A stretch of 64,000 nt of DNA. Source: Puniceicoccales bacterium. GTDB taxonomy: Bacteria; Verrucomicrobiota; Verrucomicrobiia; Opitutales; UBA9783. A program made the translations under genes and the position numbers. The DNA lies in NCBI GenBank assembly GCA_031278975.1, contig JAITJL010000005.1:39255-103254 (forward strand), in the 5' to 3' direction. Below, in pieces: positions 9,954 to 19,101 of this stretch; within the stretch, counting starts at the first letter, position 1, and each line of letters starts with the position of its first letter. Below the pieces are notes generated by a model, which was given only the letters and a program-made list of their open reading frames with translations, was not told the DNA's origin and ran no database searches.

Positions 9954-11726
9954 ATGATTATTCAAAGAAAAGTAAAAGTTATAAAAGCTAGAGATATTTT
10001 GAACGAGAAGATTCGTCAGTTAATAACGCTTGCAAAGCAGCAGGGCTTCTTGACGATCCAAGATATTAATCGTCACTTACCGGAAAGTGTTAAAAAACCG
10101 GAGGAAATTGAAAATGTAATTAATATTTTAGAAAATTTAGAGATAAATATCCTAGATAACGATGAGGCAGAACATTACAGGCAAAAGATTGAAAACGCCG
10201 AAGAAAATCAATCGATAGAAGACGAAGACAGTTTAGAAGACCCCGTCCGCATGTATTTAAAGCAAATGGGACAGGTGTCCTTGTTGTCGCGAGATGAGGA
10301 AGTGCAAATTTCTAAGCGCATTGAAAAGGCGGAATATGCAGCTCAAGATAAGTTGTTTTCAGTAGCTTTGTCGCTCAATTTCCAGCAAGATTTAGCTCGA
10401 AAGCTTTTGGAAAAGAACGAGCGGTTTGATAAGTTGGTTGTTGATAAGAAAATTGAAAGTCGTGAAGAATATTATCAAATTTTGGAAAAATTGGTCAAGC
10501 AATGCGATACAATCGGTGATCAGTTGGATAAAATTTGGCAGGAGTACTTAAGTACCGAAGATGACGAAGAAAAGAAAAAGCTTTTGGCGCGTTATAAAAA
10601 ATATGAGGCACAATTAAAGCCGATTTTTAGAAAATATTGCTTCAAATTAAAGATTTTTGAAGAATTTTTGAATCGTTTTTCTCCGCTCATTCGTGAGATA
10701 GAAACCATTGCAGACTGTTTGCAATCGGTGCATCGTAACCAAAGTGTTGTTCGTTTTAAAACGATCGATGCGGATAAAATGATGAAACGACTTCGTGACA
10801 TTGAATTAGAATTACGTTTATCGCCCCAAGAGTTGGTTGAGTTGGTGAAAGGTGTTCGTAAACACATGAAAGAAGCGCATCGCGCAAAAACAGAAATGGT
10901 AGAAGCCAATTTGCGGCTTGTTATCAGTATAGCTAAAAAGTATACAAACCGAGGGTTGTCTTTTTTGGATCTCATTCAAGAAGGCAATATGGGGTTAATG
11001 AAGGCGGTTGAAAAATTTGAATACCGTCGCGGCTACAAATTTTCAACCTATGCCACATGGTGGATTCGTCAAGCCATCACGCGTTCTATTGCAGATCAGG
11101 CACGCACCATTCGCATTCCTGTTCACGTGATCGAAACCCTGAATAAAGTTATTCAAGTTCAAAAACAGTTGGTACAGGAATTGGGATACGATCCTACTCC
11201 CGAAGAGGTCGCAGAAGAATTGCAAGTTCCCGTAAACCGTATTGAATCCATCATAAAAATGGCGCAACAACCTATTTCCTTGCAGAGTCCCGTTGGAGAA
11301 AGTGAAGATAGTTGCTTTGGAGATTTTATTGAAGATAAGTCTGCGGATAATCCTTACGATATGACGGCCTACACTTTGTTGAAAGAAAAGTTGATTGGTG
11401 TTTTGGATACTTTAACGGATCGCGAACGTAGAGTTTTATCTTTGAGATTTGGATTACACGACGGTTATAGTCGTACTCTAGAGGAAGTAGGCAAAACCTT
11501 CCATGTGACTCGGGAGCGTATTAGGCAAATTGAAGCAAAAGCTTTACGTAAAATGCGTCACCCTACACGTTTACGTCAGTTTAAAGGATTTTTGGAAGGC
11601 GAAGTTGAGCAACAAGAAGCGAGTTTCGATAGTTTTCAAAAACCGAATCGAAAACAAGAAAAACTCGATTTCATTTCTCAACTGAAACAACTGGGCATTA
11701 AACCCGATGGTACCTTGTACGAGTGA
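9954..11726 (+). CDS. rpoD: primary sigma factor RpoD (sigma-70)
   Basis: Region 2 ([31 protein letters not shown]) and region 4.2 ([30 protein letters not shown]). Confidence 0.96.
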   Translation: MIIQRKVKVIKARDILNEKIRQLITLAKQQGFLTIQDINRHLPESVKKPEEIENVINILENLEINILDNDEAEHYRQKIENAEENQSIEDEDSLEDPVRMYLKQMGQVSLLSRDEEVQISKRIEKAEYAAQDKLFSVALSLNFQQDLARKLLEKNERFDKLVVDKKIESREEYYQILEKLVKQCDTIGDQLDKIWQEYLSTEDDEEKKKLLARYKKYEAQLKPIFRKYCFKLKIFEEFLNRFSPLIREIETIADCLQSVHRNQSVVRFKTIDADKMMKRLRDIELELRLSPQELVELVKGVRKHMKEAHRAKTEMVEANLRLVISIAKKYTNRGLSFLDLIQEGNMGLMKAVEKFEYRRGYKFSTYATWWIRQAITRSIADQARTIRIPVHVIETLNKVIQVQKQLVQELGYDPTPEEVAEELQVPVNRIESIIKMAQQPISLQSPVGESEDSCFGDFIEDKSADNPYDMTAYTLLKEKLIGVLDTLTDRERRVLSLRFGLHDGYSRTLEEVGKTFHVTRERIRQIEAKALRKMRHPTRLRQFKGFLEGEVEQQEASFDSFQKPNRKQEKLDFISQLKQLGIKPDGTLYE

Positions 11727-12007
11727 TGTTGTCACGCAATCTGTTTGATTTTGTGAAGGATCTCTGCTAGCAATTTAAAAATAGACATTAGTGGAATGAA
11801 TTTTACAACCGCGATTATTTTGCATGGGCCACTATTTTATGAAAAACAAAAAGCCATTATGAACAGTCGGAAAATTTTTGAGTTAAAGACAGGAAATTCA
11901 AGTGCATAAGGTTAAAATTAGCGCAATAAATAGATATACATCTTTTAACTTATCATGGAAACTACCTAACCTAATCTAATTTTATGCAATTTTGACTATC
12001 GTACTTT

Positions 12008-13795
12008 ATGTTTCAAGATCTGAAAGTGTTTTATAGAAATTTTTGCACAGGCTTTAAATGGAAAATTGTATACCTATTGTTGATTTCTTTCTTTGCAGGT
12101 ATCTTTGAATTAGTTGGGATAGCGACTATTATCCCTCTAATTGGTATTCTTGCCGACCCTAGCAGTGTAAAGTTCGCATTTATGGCAAAATTCTCTGAAG
12201 CCATTAATTGCAATAATACATTTTTCATGTTTACCATCAGTTTATTCTTTGTAATGGGAATATTCCTCGTGAAAAATGTTTATATGGTATTCCATCAATA
12301 CATTATTTACCGATTTTCTTGCTCACTAAAAAATAAAATTTGCCTAAGTTTTATGCAACGCCTATTTAACAGTCACTATAGTTTTTTCCTGAAAAAAAAT
12401 TCGGATTCTCTCATCAATACAATTGATAACACAACACGTTATGTGATTCATCCTTATCTTGCTTACCTTGAGCAAGCCTTTACCTATTTGTTAATAACGT
12501 TATTATTAGGTGGGTTTATAATATGCAATTTTTTTTTACCAACGATCCTTGTATGTTTATTGTGCATTTTAATCTATTATCTCCAACATAAACTCGTTAA
12601 AAACAAAATAAGCGACATAAATTGCCATATTATTCAAATGAACACGAATAATGTAAGCATATTGCAAAAAAGCATTCTTGCCATTAAAGAAATAAAAATT
12701 TGGCAAGCGGAACCTTTTATTTTAAAAAATTTTTCGTTGGTTTCGAGTAAACTAAATCAATTAGAACAATACGGTATTTTTTTGCAGAATTTCCCTTCCT
12801 TTGTTGTTGAAGCGACCGTTATGATCTCTCTTTGCATGTTTTGCCTTTTCATGACTTATGTGCAGGGCATAAATACAAAACTAATTGAAAATTTGGGTAT
12901 TATCGCTGTTGTATTTTTTCGCTTAGCACCTGCGTTAAACCGTTTCTGGACTGCAGTTGGCGTTGTTAAAGCTCACAGAGGATCATTAAAAAGCATTAAT
13001 AATGAATACGAGGAATTGTTATGTTTTCAAAAAACTCTTGTTTCTAGTACGGTTGATGGTAACCAGAAAGCTAGCGCATTTAATAAAGCGCTTCGGTTAA
13101 AAAATGTCTCTTTTAAATATTCTTCCAATAAAGAGTTTTGCTTGAATAATATAAATTTAGAAATTATCAAAGGAGAATTTGTAGGTATCGTAGGGGCTTC
13201 AGGTTCTGGAAAAACAACCCTGATAGAAATTATTCTAGGATTATTAAATGCCGATGAAGGACAATATTTCATCGATGATAAGCCCATTCAGCAATGGGAA
13301 CTAGAAAAGCTATATCCTCTTTTTGGTTATGTTACACAATTCCCCTATTTAGCTTCGGATACGATTGCTCATAATATTGCATTTGCAGAGCCTGAAATCG
13401 ATTACAAACGTGTTGCAGAAGTCATGGATATTTGTCTGTTGAAAGATTTTGATCCTCAACAAAAGCTTTTGGAATTTGGTAAAACCATCTCCGGTGGCCA
13501 AAGGCAAAGAATCGCCCTTGCACGCGTTTTGTATCGTAACCCAAAGCTTTTAATTTTAGACGAAGCAACCTCTTCTTTGGATATTATAACGGAAAAAGAA
13601 ATTTCGACAATTATTGATAATCTTAGAAATGTAATGACGATTATTGCCATTGCACACCGTTTATCTACACTAAAAACGTGTGATAAAATCATTTATATGG
13701 ATCAGGGTAAAATTATTGATGCAGGATCTTTGCTTTACCTTAAAGCAACCCACAATAAGTTTGCAGAAATGATACAATTGTCTAATGTAACTTAG
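12008..13795 (+). CDS. fused permease/ATPase ABC exporter (type I exporter; N-terminal organisation resembles PglK/MsbA-type flippases)
   Basis: 595 aa with a 6-TM N-terminal domain. Walker A GASGSGKTT, signature ISGGQRQRIALAR, Walker B LLILDEATSSLD, H-loop AIAHRL. No C39 peptidase domain. Markedly AT-rich: 27-30% GC on two 60-nt lines I counted. Confidence 0.85.
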   Translation: MFQDLKVFYRNFCTGFKWKIVYLLLISFFAGIFELVGIATIIPLIGILADPSSVKFAFMAKFSEAINCNNTFFMFTISLFFVMGIFLVKNVYMVFHQYIIYRFSCSLKNKICLSFMQRLFNSHYSFFLKKNSDSLINTIDNTTRYVIHPYLAYLEQAFTYLLITLLLGGFIICNFFLPTILVCLLCILIYYLQHKLVKNKISDINCHIIQMNTNNVSILQKSILAIKEIKIWQAEPFILKNFSLVSSKLNQLEQYGIFLQNFPSFVVEATVMISLCMFCLFMTYVQGINTKLIENLGIIAVVFFRLAPALNRFWTAVGVVKAHRGSLKSINNEYEELLCFQKTLVSSTVDGNQKASAFNKALRLKNVSFKYSSNKEFCLNNINLEIIKGEFVGIVGASGSGKTTLIEIILGLLNADEGQYFIDDKPIQQWELEKLYPLFGYVTQFPYLASDTIAHNIAFAEPEIDYKRVAEVMDICLLKDFDPQQKLLEFGKTISGGQRQRIALARVLYRNPKLLILDEATSSLDIITEKEISTIIDNLRNVMTIIAIAHRLSTLKTCDKIIYMDQGKIIDAGSLLYLKATHNKFAEMIQLSNVT

Positions 13796-14237
13796 AATGG
13801 GGCGTAACACTTTTGCGATTATTAGGGGTAATATGTAAAGTAGTTTGTTTTTATATAAAACATGTGCGAAATAAGATTGTCGTTTTATTTTGCTATTTAT
13901 TTGTGTTTTTAATAGGTAGGGGGTGATGTTTTATGATATCATTCGCCTCTAGTCTTGGTTTGCGGCTTTGCGGGGTGTCTTTTATGGCCGTGGTGCCCAC
14001 TACGTAGTGGTTTGAAGTGTTCAAAAGGAAATTATTAAGGTGTTAAATTGACAAATTTCCCCTGTGGGCGATGCGTGAAATGATCAAAGAAAAAACGATC
14101 CCTCAAATGCTTACGGGTGATGTGGCTTCAAACTAAAGCTTTTTACCTGATACGGCAATATGTTCTGCAATCTATCAAAACTAAAGCTTCCTCTTCTTGC
14201 TACCGATTTTTTAAAATTTGATTTTCAGTAAAATACC

Positions 14238-14480
14238 TTACATATGTACGGATACCTTACGATGTGATTTGTCCCAAGCCACCGTACCGGTAACCAATGC
14301 GAACAGAGTGAAGTCGCGCCCCAATCCAACGTTTTGTCCCGGATGATACACGGTGCCACGTTGGCGCATTAAAATGGTACCGGCTTGGACATATTCACCA
14401 CCGTAACGTTTTACACCCAAATTTTTACATTTACTGTCGCGTCCATTTTTTGATGAACCTTGCCCCTTATGATGTGCCAT
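14238..14480 (-). CDS. rpmA: 50S ribosomal protein L27
   Basis: [16 protein letters not shown]...[10 protein letters not shown] is canonical L27. Confidence 0.95.
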   Translation of the reverse strand: MAHHKGQGSSKNGRDSKCKNLGVKRYGGEYVQAGTILMRQRGTVYHPGQNVGLGRDFTLFALVTGTVAWDKSHRKVSVHM

Positions 14481-14500
14481 CGTTAACCCTTCCTAAAAAT

Positions 14501-14818
14501 TTATTTTATTTCGATAGATTGTACTTTCACAACCGACAATGATTGACGGTGTCCACGCTTACGTTGATATCCTTTGCGACGCTTACGTTTTAGAATTGTA
14601 AGCTTTTTGTCACGCTTGTTTTCCAATACTTGAAGGCAAACGATGGCATTATCCACCACGGGAGTCCCAAAATAAACACCCGATTCATCTTCGTACATTA
14701 AAACATCTTTAATCGTTAAGACGCTTCCCGCTTCCGTATGAGGATAACGATTCACCTTGAAAATATCGCCCGCCTGAACGGTAAATTGCCTACCTTGGGT
14801 TTGAATAACCGCTTTCAT
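14501..14818 (-). CDS. rplU: 50S ribosomal protein L21
   Basis: MKAVIQTQGRQFTVQAGDIFKV..., located upstream of rpmA in the conserved pair. Confidence 0.93.
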   Translation of the reverse strand: MKAVIQTQGRQFTVQAGDIFKVNRYPHTEAGSVLTIKDVLMYEDESGVYFGTPVVDNAIVCLQVLENKRDKKLTILKRKRRKGYQRKRGHRQSLSVVKVQSIEIK

Positions 14819-14904
14819 AAATTACTTTTTCCAACTTTAAAGAGAACTGTGTGCAAAGACAAATGGCAAGCATTTTCGATAACTTTTAGTGCAGATAACT
14901 TTTT

Positions 14905-15846
14905 TCATGGGTCACCAGATTTTAAACCGGACTCTAATACGCGCAATCTTTGAATTTCATCTTTAAAGGAAGTGGGCAAATCCGATTGGAACGTCATACC
15001 TATACGTGTTGTGGGGTGACGGAAGTCTAATTGGTAAGCGTGTAAATACAGACGCTTATCCGGAATTTTTCCATATTTAAGATCACCCACAATGAGGTAT
15101 CCCACGGACTTTAGATGCACTCGAATTTGATGCGTACGTCCGGTTTTGGGTTCGCATAGGAGCAGCGCTTTGTGGGAATTTTTAAAAATTTCTTTCAGTG
15201 ACCAATGCGTCAATGCATACCGACCTTTAGAACAAATGCACATGGCCGTTCGATCTCTGGAACTACGGCCTACCGGTGATTCAATGGTTCCAGATCGCAA
15301 ATGAGGTACTCCCCATACCAATGCGTAATAAACTTTATGTACCTGTCTTTCGGCAAATAGTCGTGTTAATTGCCAGTAGGTCGCATCGGTTTTGGCCAGC
15401 AAAACAAGTCCAGAGGTCGCCTGGTCGATGCGATGTACGACGCCCGGCCGATTCGTACCTGCAGCCATGCTGAGCGGACAATGAGATAGTAGAGCTTCAA
15501 CCAACGTAGAACCCGGTTCCACACCATGTCCCGGATGTACTACCATGCCTTCAGGTTTGTCCACGATTAACAGAAATTCATCTTCGTAAATAATCTTTAC
15601 GGAAGTACACGACGCAGTTAATCCGCAGGCAATTTTTTCTCTGAGTGTAATTGCAAAGTGATCACCTCGTCTTACGCGATACTTTTGTTGAATGCCTGTC
15701 TTACCGTTGCAAAGAATTTCTCCTTGATCTATCATGGCTTGTAGACTTGTACGACTTATTTGGCCCTGCAGCTGAGTCGTTAGAAATTTATCGACGCGTA
15801 TGCCTTCGTCGATAGGTTCTACGAAAATATTAATGGAATGTTCCAC
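14905..15846 (-). CDS. rluD: RluA-family 23S rRNA pseudouridine synthase (RluD-like)
   Basis: S4-like N-terminus (RVDKFL) and catalytic motif HRIDQATSGLVLLAKT. GTG start. Confidence 0.85.
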   Translation of the reverse strand: MEHSINIFVEPIDEGIRVDKFLTTQLQGQISRTSLQAMIDQGEILCNGKTGIQQKYRVRRGDHFAITLREKIACGLTASCTSVKIIYEDEFLLIVDKPEGMVVHPGHGVEPGSTLVEALLSHCPLSMAAGTNRPGVVHRIDQATSGLVLLAKTDATYWQLTRLFAERQVHKVYYALVWGVPHLRSGTIESPVGRSSRDRTAMCICSKGRYALTHWSLKEIFKNSHKALLLCEPKTGRTHQIRVHLKSVGYLIVGDLKYGKIPDKRLYLHAYQLDFRHPTTRIGMTFQSDLPTSFKDEIQRLRVLESGLKSGDP

Positions 15847-16053
15847 GATCGCGTTTATTCACGTAAATTTACAGGCAGTGCGCGAGAAAATTTTTTATTT
15901 TAGCGAGCAATTTAAAAACATAAAAACTCGTGTGTACCATTTTATACATACGTCACTTGACATCTTTGTTGCTTATAATTGTTGATCAATGCATACCTTC
16001 ATCGTAATTCGAATGCCTGCGACTAGAAATTGAATTATCCGCATAACCTAAAA

Positions 16054-17445
16054 CTAAGGTGTGCATGACTTCATTTTGGGTACTTTTATCCACGTGCGTC
16101 TTCGATACCAAAAACAGAAAATGACGATGCGAATGATTGTGTCTAAGCCAATCAATTGCAAGTACAAAACGGAATTGTACCCACACTGTCCTACAAGAAA
16201 GTAAGTAGGAATCGAAACAATACCCCAAAAGCATACAACGTTAATCAATAGAACCGTTTTTGTTTTGGTGAGTGCAATGAGAAAATTTTGCATGCTTAGC
16301 CAAGCGGTTTCTAATCCAAAAAGTAACCACGACCATATTAAAAATAAGCGAATTTGTCGATTAAAATCAATTTGATTATAAATTTCAGCATCTACAAAGA
16401 AACGAACCATCGAATCCGAGAATCCGAGCAGAATAATAAGAAATAAGCATGAAAAGATACCGTTCCATCGAAACGACTGTTTCAAGATCTTGCCTAATAA
16501 ATTGCGTTGTTGTGCACCAATAAAATTTGAGCATATAACCCCTACGCCTTTTCCCAAGCCATCCATCACAAAAAATACGAGCGTGTACAATGTAAATGAA
16601 ACACTGTAAGCCATAAAATGTGTATACGTTAACTTTATGGCTAAAAATTGGTAGGCAATGGACCAACCTGCCATGACGCAAAAATGAGCAACGGCGTAAG
16701 GGAGACTTATGTGAAAAAATTTTTTTAACAGAGGCCAAGACCATTGAAAGCTAAAAACCGCATACTTTTCTCGGTACCTTTTTCTCAAAAAAAGCTTTAA
16801 AAAAATAATAAACCCTAGCATTTGAGAAATTAAAGTTGCACAAGCGGCTCCACGAATCCCTAGACTGGGCAAGCCGAAATATCCAAATACCAATAAAATA
16901 TCCAATAGGAGATTTACAGCGTTAATAAAAACCAAAACGATGGGAATTAGTTTAGTTTCTCCACGACCTACGAAGAATGAACCTATGGCCCCAAAGCCAG
17001 CTAACTCGAAAGGGCAACTCAATAGTACAATTTGTAGGTATGGTTTTGCCAGAGGTTCTACGTTGCTGGCTAATAAATGGTGAGACAAGAGCGCGATGGG
17101 AATTACAATGCACTCGCATGCAAAAGCGACGACAACCATTTGCCAAATTAGTGGGCCCATTTTTGAAAAATCTTTGGCTCCATTGTAGCGGCCAATAAAG
17201 ATTTCTGTAATAGAAATGAATGCCATAAGAACGCCTGCAACCGTCCAATACCAAGGTTGGGCTGCCGCACACGCAACAAATGCTTCCGAATTGTATCGTG
17301 CCAAAATAGTTCTGTCGATAAAGGTCATTAAACAACCCGAAAAGGATGCCAACATGAGTGGCCACGCTATGGTCCAGAATTCTAAAAAACTGCCCGCTCT
17401 GTGCCTCGTCAACAAAACAGGGGTTACTGGAGATTGCATGGACAT
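16054..17445 (-). CDS. MATE-family efflux transporter
   Basis: 463 aa, about 12 TM. N-terminal pattern FWTIAWPLMLASFSGCLMTFIDRTILARYN is typical of the MatE repeat. Confidence 0.72.
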   Translation of the reverse strand: MSMQSPVTPVLLTRHRAGSFLEFWTIAWPLMLASFSGCLMTFIDRTILARYNSEAFVACAAAQPWYWTVAGVLMAFISITEIFIGRYNGAKDFSKMGPLIWQMVVVAFACECIVIPIALLSHHLLASNVEPLAKPYLQIVLLSCPFELAGFGAIGSFFVGRGETKLIPIVLVFINAVNLLLDILLVFGYFGLPSLGIRGAACATLISQMLGFIIFLKLFLRKRYREKYAVFSFQWSWPLLKKFFHISLPYAVAHFCVMAGWSIAYQFLAIKLTYTHFMAYSVSFTLYTLVFFVMDGLGKGVGVICSNFIGAQQRNLLGKILKQSFRWNGIFSCLFLIILLGFSDSMVRFFVDAEIYNQIDFNRQIRLFLIWSWLLFGLETAWLSMQNFLIALTKTKTVLLINVVCFWGIVSIPTYFLVGQCGYNSVLYLQLIGLDTIIRIVIFCFWYRRRTWIKVPKMKSCTP

Positions 17446-17575
17446 TCGTTGAAGGTAATTGTAAGTTTTTGATTGCGTTTACGTACACCGCTATTTTGGC
17501 GATGAACACGTTTTGCAAATGATAAAAAGTGGTCGTTTTTTACAACATAGTTGCATTTATTTTCACTTTCGACTT

Positions 17576-18943
17576 TTAAAGAACATAGGTTTTTCCTACC
17601 TCCGGATCCAGGATGCGTATGGGAGGACAATTTTTTGAAAATTTTTCCAGAAACCACTGACGAGATTCTGCATCACCGTGGGTTAAAATTACTTGCTTCG
17701 GTTGGCGGTCCACCACAAATTGATACAAATCATCTCGGTCGGCATGCCCACTTAGATCAAAATGTTCAACCTGCGCCCTTAGTGGTGTTGAGAATTCAAG
17801 GGCTTTAAAGGTGAATACTTCGTCGGGTGATGTCTGTAAAAGTTGTCCTCCGGGTGTGTCTGGATCGCAATAGCCGACAAAACATACCGTATTTTTACAA
17901 TCTCTTATGAGACTGGAAGCAACGCGATAGGAAGGCGTATGTTCCACCAGCATGCCACTGCTTAATAAATAAATTGCAGGTGTTGTTAATTGACTGTCTG
18001 GACCAATTTTTTTTCGTCTCAACGGCTTAACGTTCAATTGCTTCAATATCTTTCGGCTAAAGTGAACGGTATTCGTTGTTTTTCCAATTTCGTTAAAAAC
18101 ATTTACAAGCGCCATGCCCAAACCTGAACAAAAAATAGGACATTCTGGAATTTTATCCATCCTGCGAGCGTTGTACAATAAAACCAACAATTCTTGAATA
18201 CGTCCCAACGCGAACGCTGGAATTAGGCATATGCCGCCACGTTGAATCGTATGCGCAATGGTCTTTAATAAACGTTCTTCTTCGTTCGCCCGATTGGACT
18301 TTCGTTCCGTTCTTCCGCGCGTCGTTTCCAATACAATCGTATCGAAGTAACGATCACTGGGAATATTTGCACCTTTCAAAGTGTGCTGATCTTGGAACAA
18401 AATGTCTCCCGTAATGAATATTCTTTGCCCTCCATATTCGATTAAAATGCTGGAAGCTCCCAAAACATGACCCGCGAGGTAGAAGGTAATGTCTAGGTTG
18501 CAGCCTTCTTTCTCCAGATGTTGAGCCTGACCAAATTTGACGGGCAAAAAACTTTGTTTTATCCGTTCAATATCTTTCTTTTCATACAACGGGTATTCTG
18601 GTATCGATTGTTCTTCCTTTTGTCGGCACATGACCGTATAGGAGTTTTCCAACATAATTGGGGTTATCAAGCTCGTCGGATAACTTAAAAACACACGAGC
18701 TTGTGATTGTTGCCGCAGCAAAACGGGCAGTCCACCCACATGATCCAAATGGCAATGCGTTAACAAGATTGCATCTACAGAGTTTTTGGGCAAAAGATCC
18801 AATTGCGGTAGCGCCGAATTTCCCACACGTTTGGGATCCATCCCCACATCTACGACAAAACGAAAAGCCCCCACTTCTAAAAGAAGGCCATTTGCACCAA
18901 TTTCTTTTTCAAAATTAAGATCTCGTAGGTAACAACCTATCAC
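17576..18943 (-). CDS. MBL-fold beta-CASP hydrolase (RNA-metabolising nuclease family)
   Basis: HxHxDH motif (LTHCHLDHVGG) and beta-CASP C-terminal motifs (DLSGHADRDDL, ILTHGD). GTG start. Confidence 0.8.
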   Translation of the reverse strand: MIGCYLRDLNFEKEIGANGLLLEVGAFRFVVDVGMDPKRVGNSALPQLDLLPKNSVDAILLTHCHLDHVGGLPVLLRQQSQARVFLSYPTSLITPIMLENSYTVMCRQKEEQSIPEYPLYEKKDIERIKQSFLPVKFGQAQHLEKEGCNLDITFYLAGHVLGASSILIEYGGQRIFITGDILFQDQHTLKGANIPSDRYFDTIVLETTRGRTERKSNRANEEERLLKTIAHTIQRGGICLIPAFALGRIQELLVLLYNARRMDKIPECPIFCSGLGMALVNVFNEIGKTTNTVHFSRKILKQLNVKPLRRKKIGPDSQLTTPAIYLLSSGMLVEHTPSYRVASSLIRDCKNTVCFVGYCDPDTPGGQLLQTSPDEVFTFKALEFSTPLRAQVEHFDLSGHADRDDLYQFVVDRQPKQVILTHGDAESRQWFLEKFSKNCPPIRILDPEVGKTYVL

Positions 18944-19061
18944 AAAGTAAAAAAATTACGTCTTATCGATCCCATATTTGGATTAGATCGCATTTATTGG
19001 TTTATACTGTATTCTAGCTTCGTTTATTTGGCAAGAAAATTTTTTAGCCGTTTGTCCTAAT

Positions 19062-19077
19062 CGGCACGTATGTTGCT
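19062..19077 (+). promoter_or_regulatory. candidate sigma-54 (-24/-12) promoter
   Basis: cGGCACGtatgTTGCT compared with consensus TGGCACG-N4-TTGCW. GG and GC are separated by exactly 10 nt. The motif ends 24 nt upstream of ATG 19102. Confidence 0.55.
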
Positions 19078-19101
19078 TTGTTTAAAGTAAAATTTTACAT
19101 T

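Noticed and set aside
11796-11909. 37-codon ORF (MNFTTAIILHGPLFYEKQKAIMNSRKIFELKTGNSSA) upstream of the ABC exporter, considered as a possible exported precursor peptide.
   Set aside because: No Shine-Dalgarno sequence, no double-glycine or other leader motif, and no Cys/Ser/Thr-rich core. The exporter also lacks a C39 peptidase domain. It could equally be a chance ORF or a pseudogene remnant.
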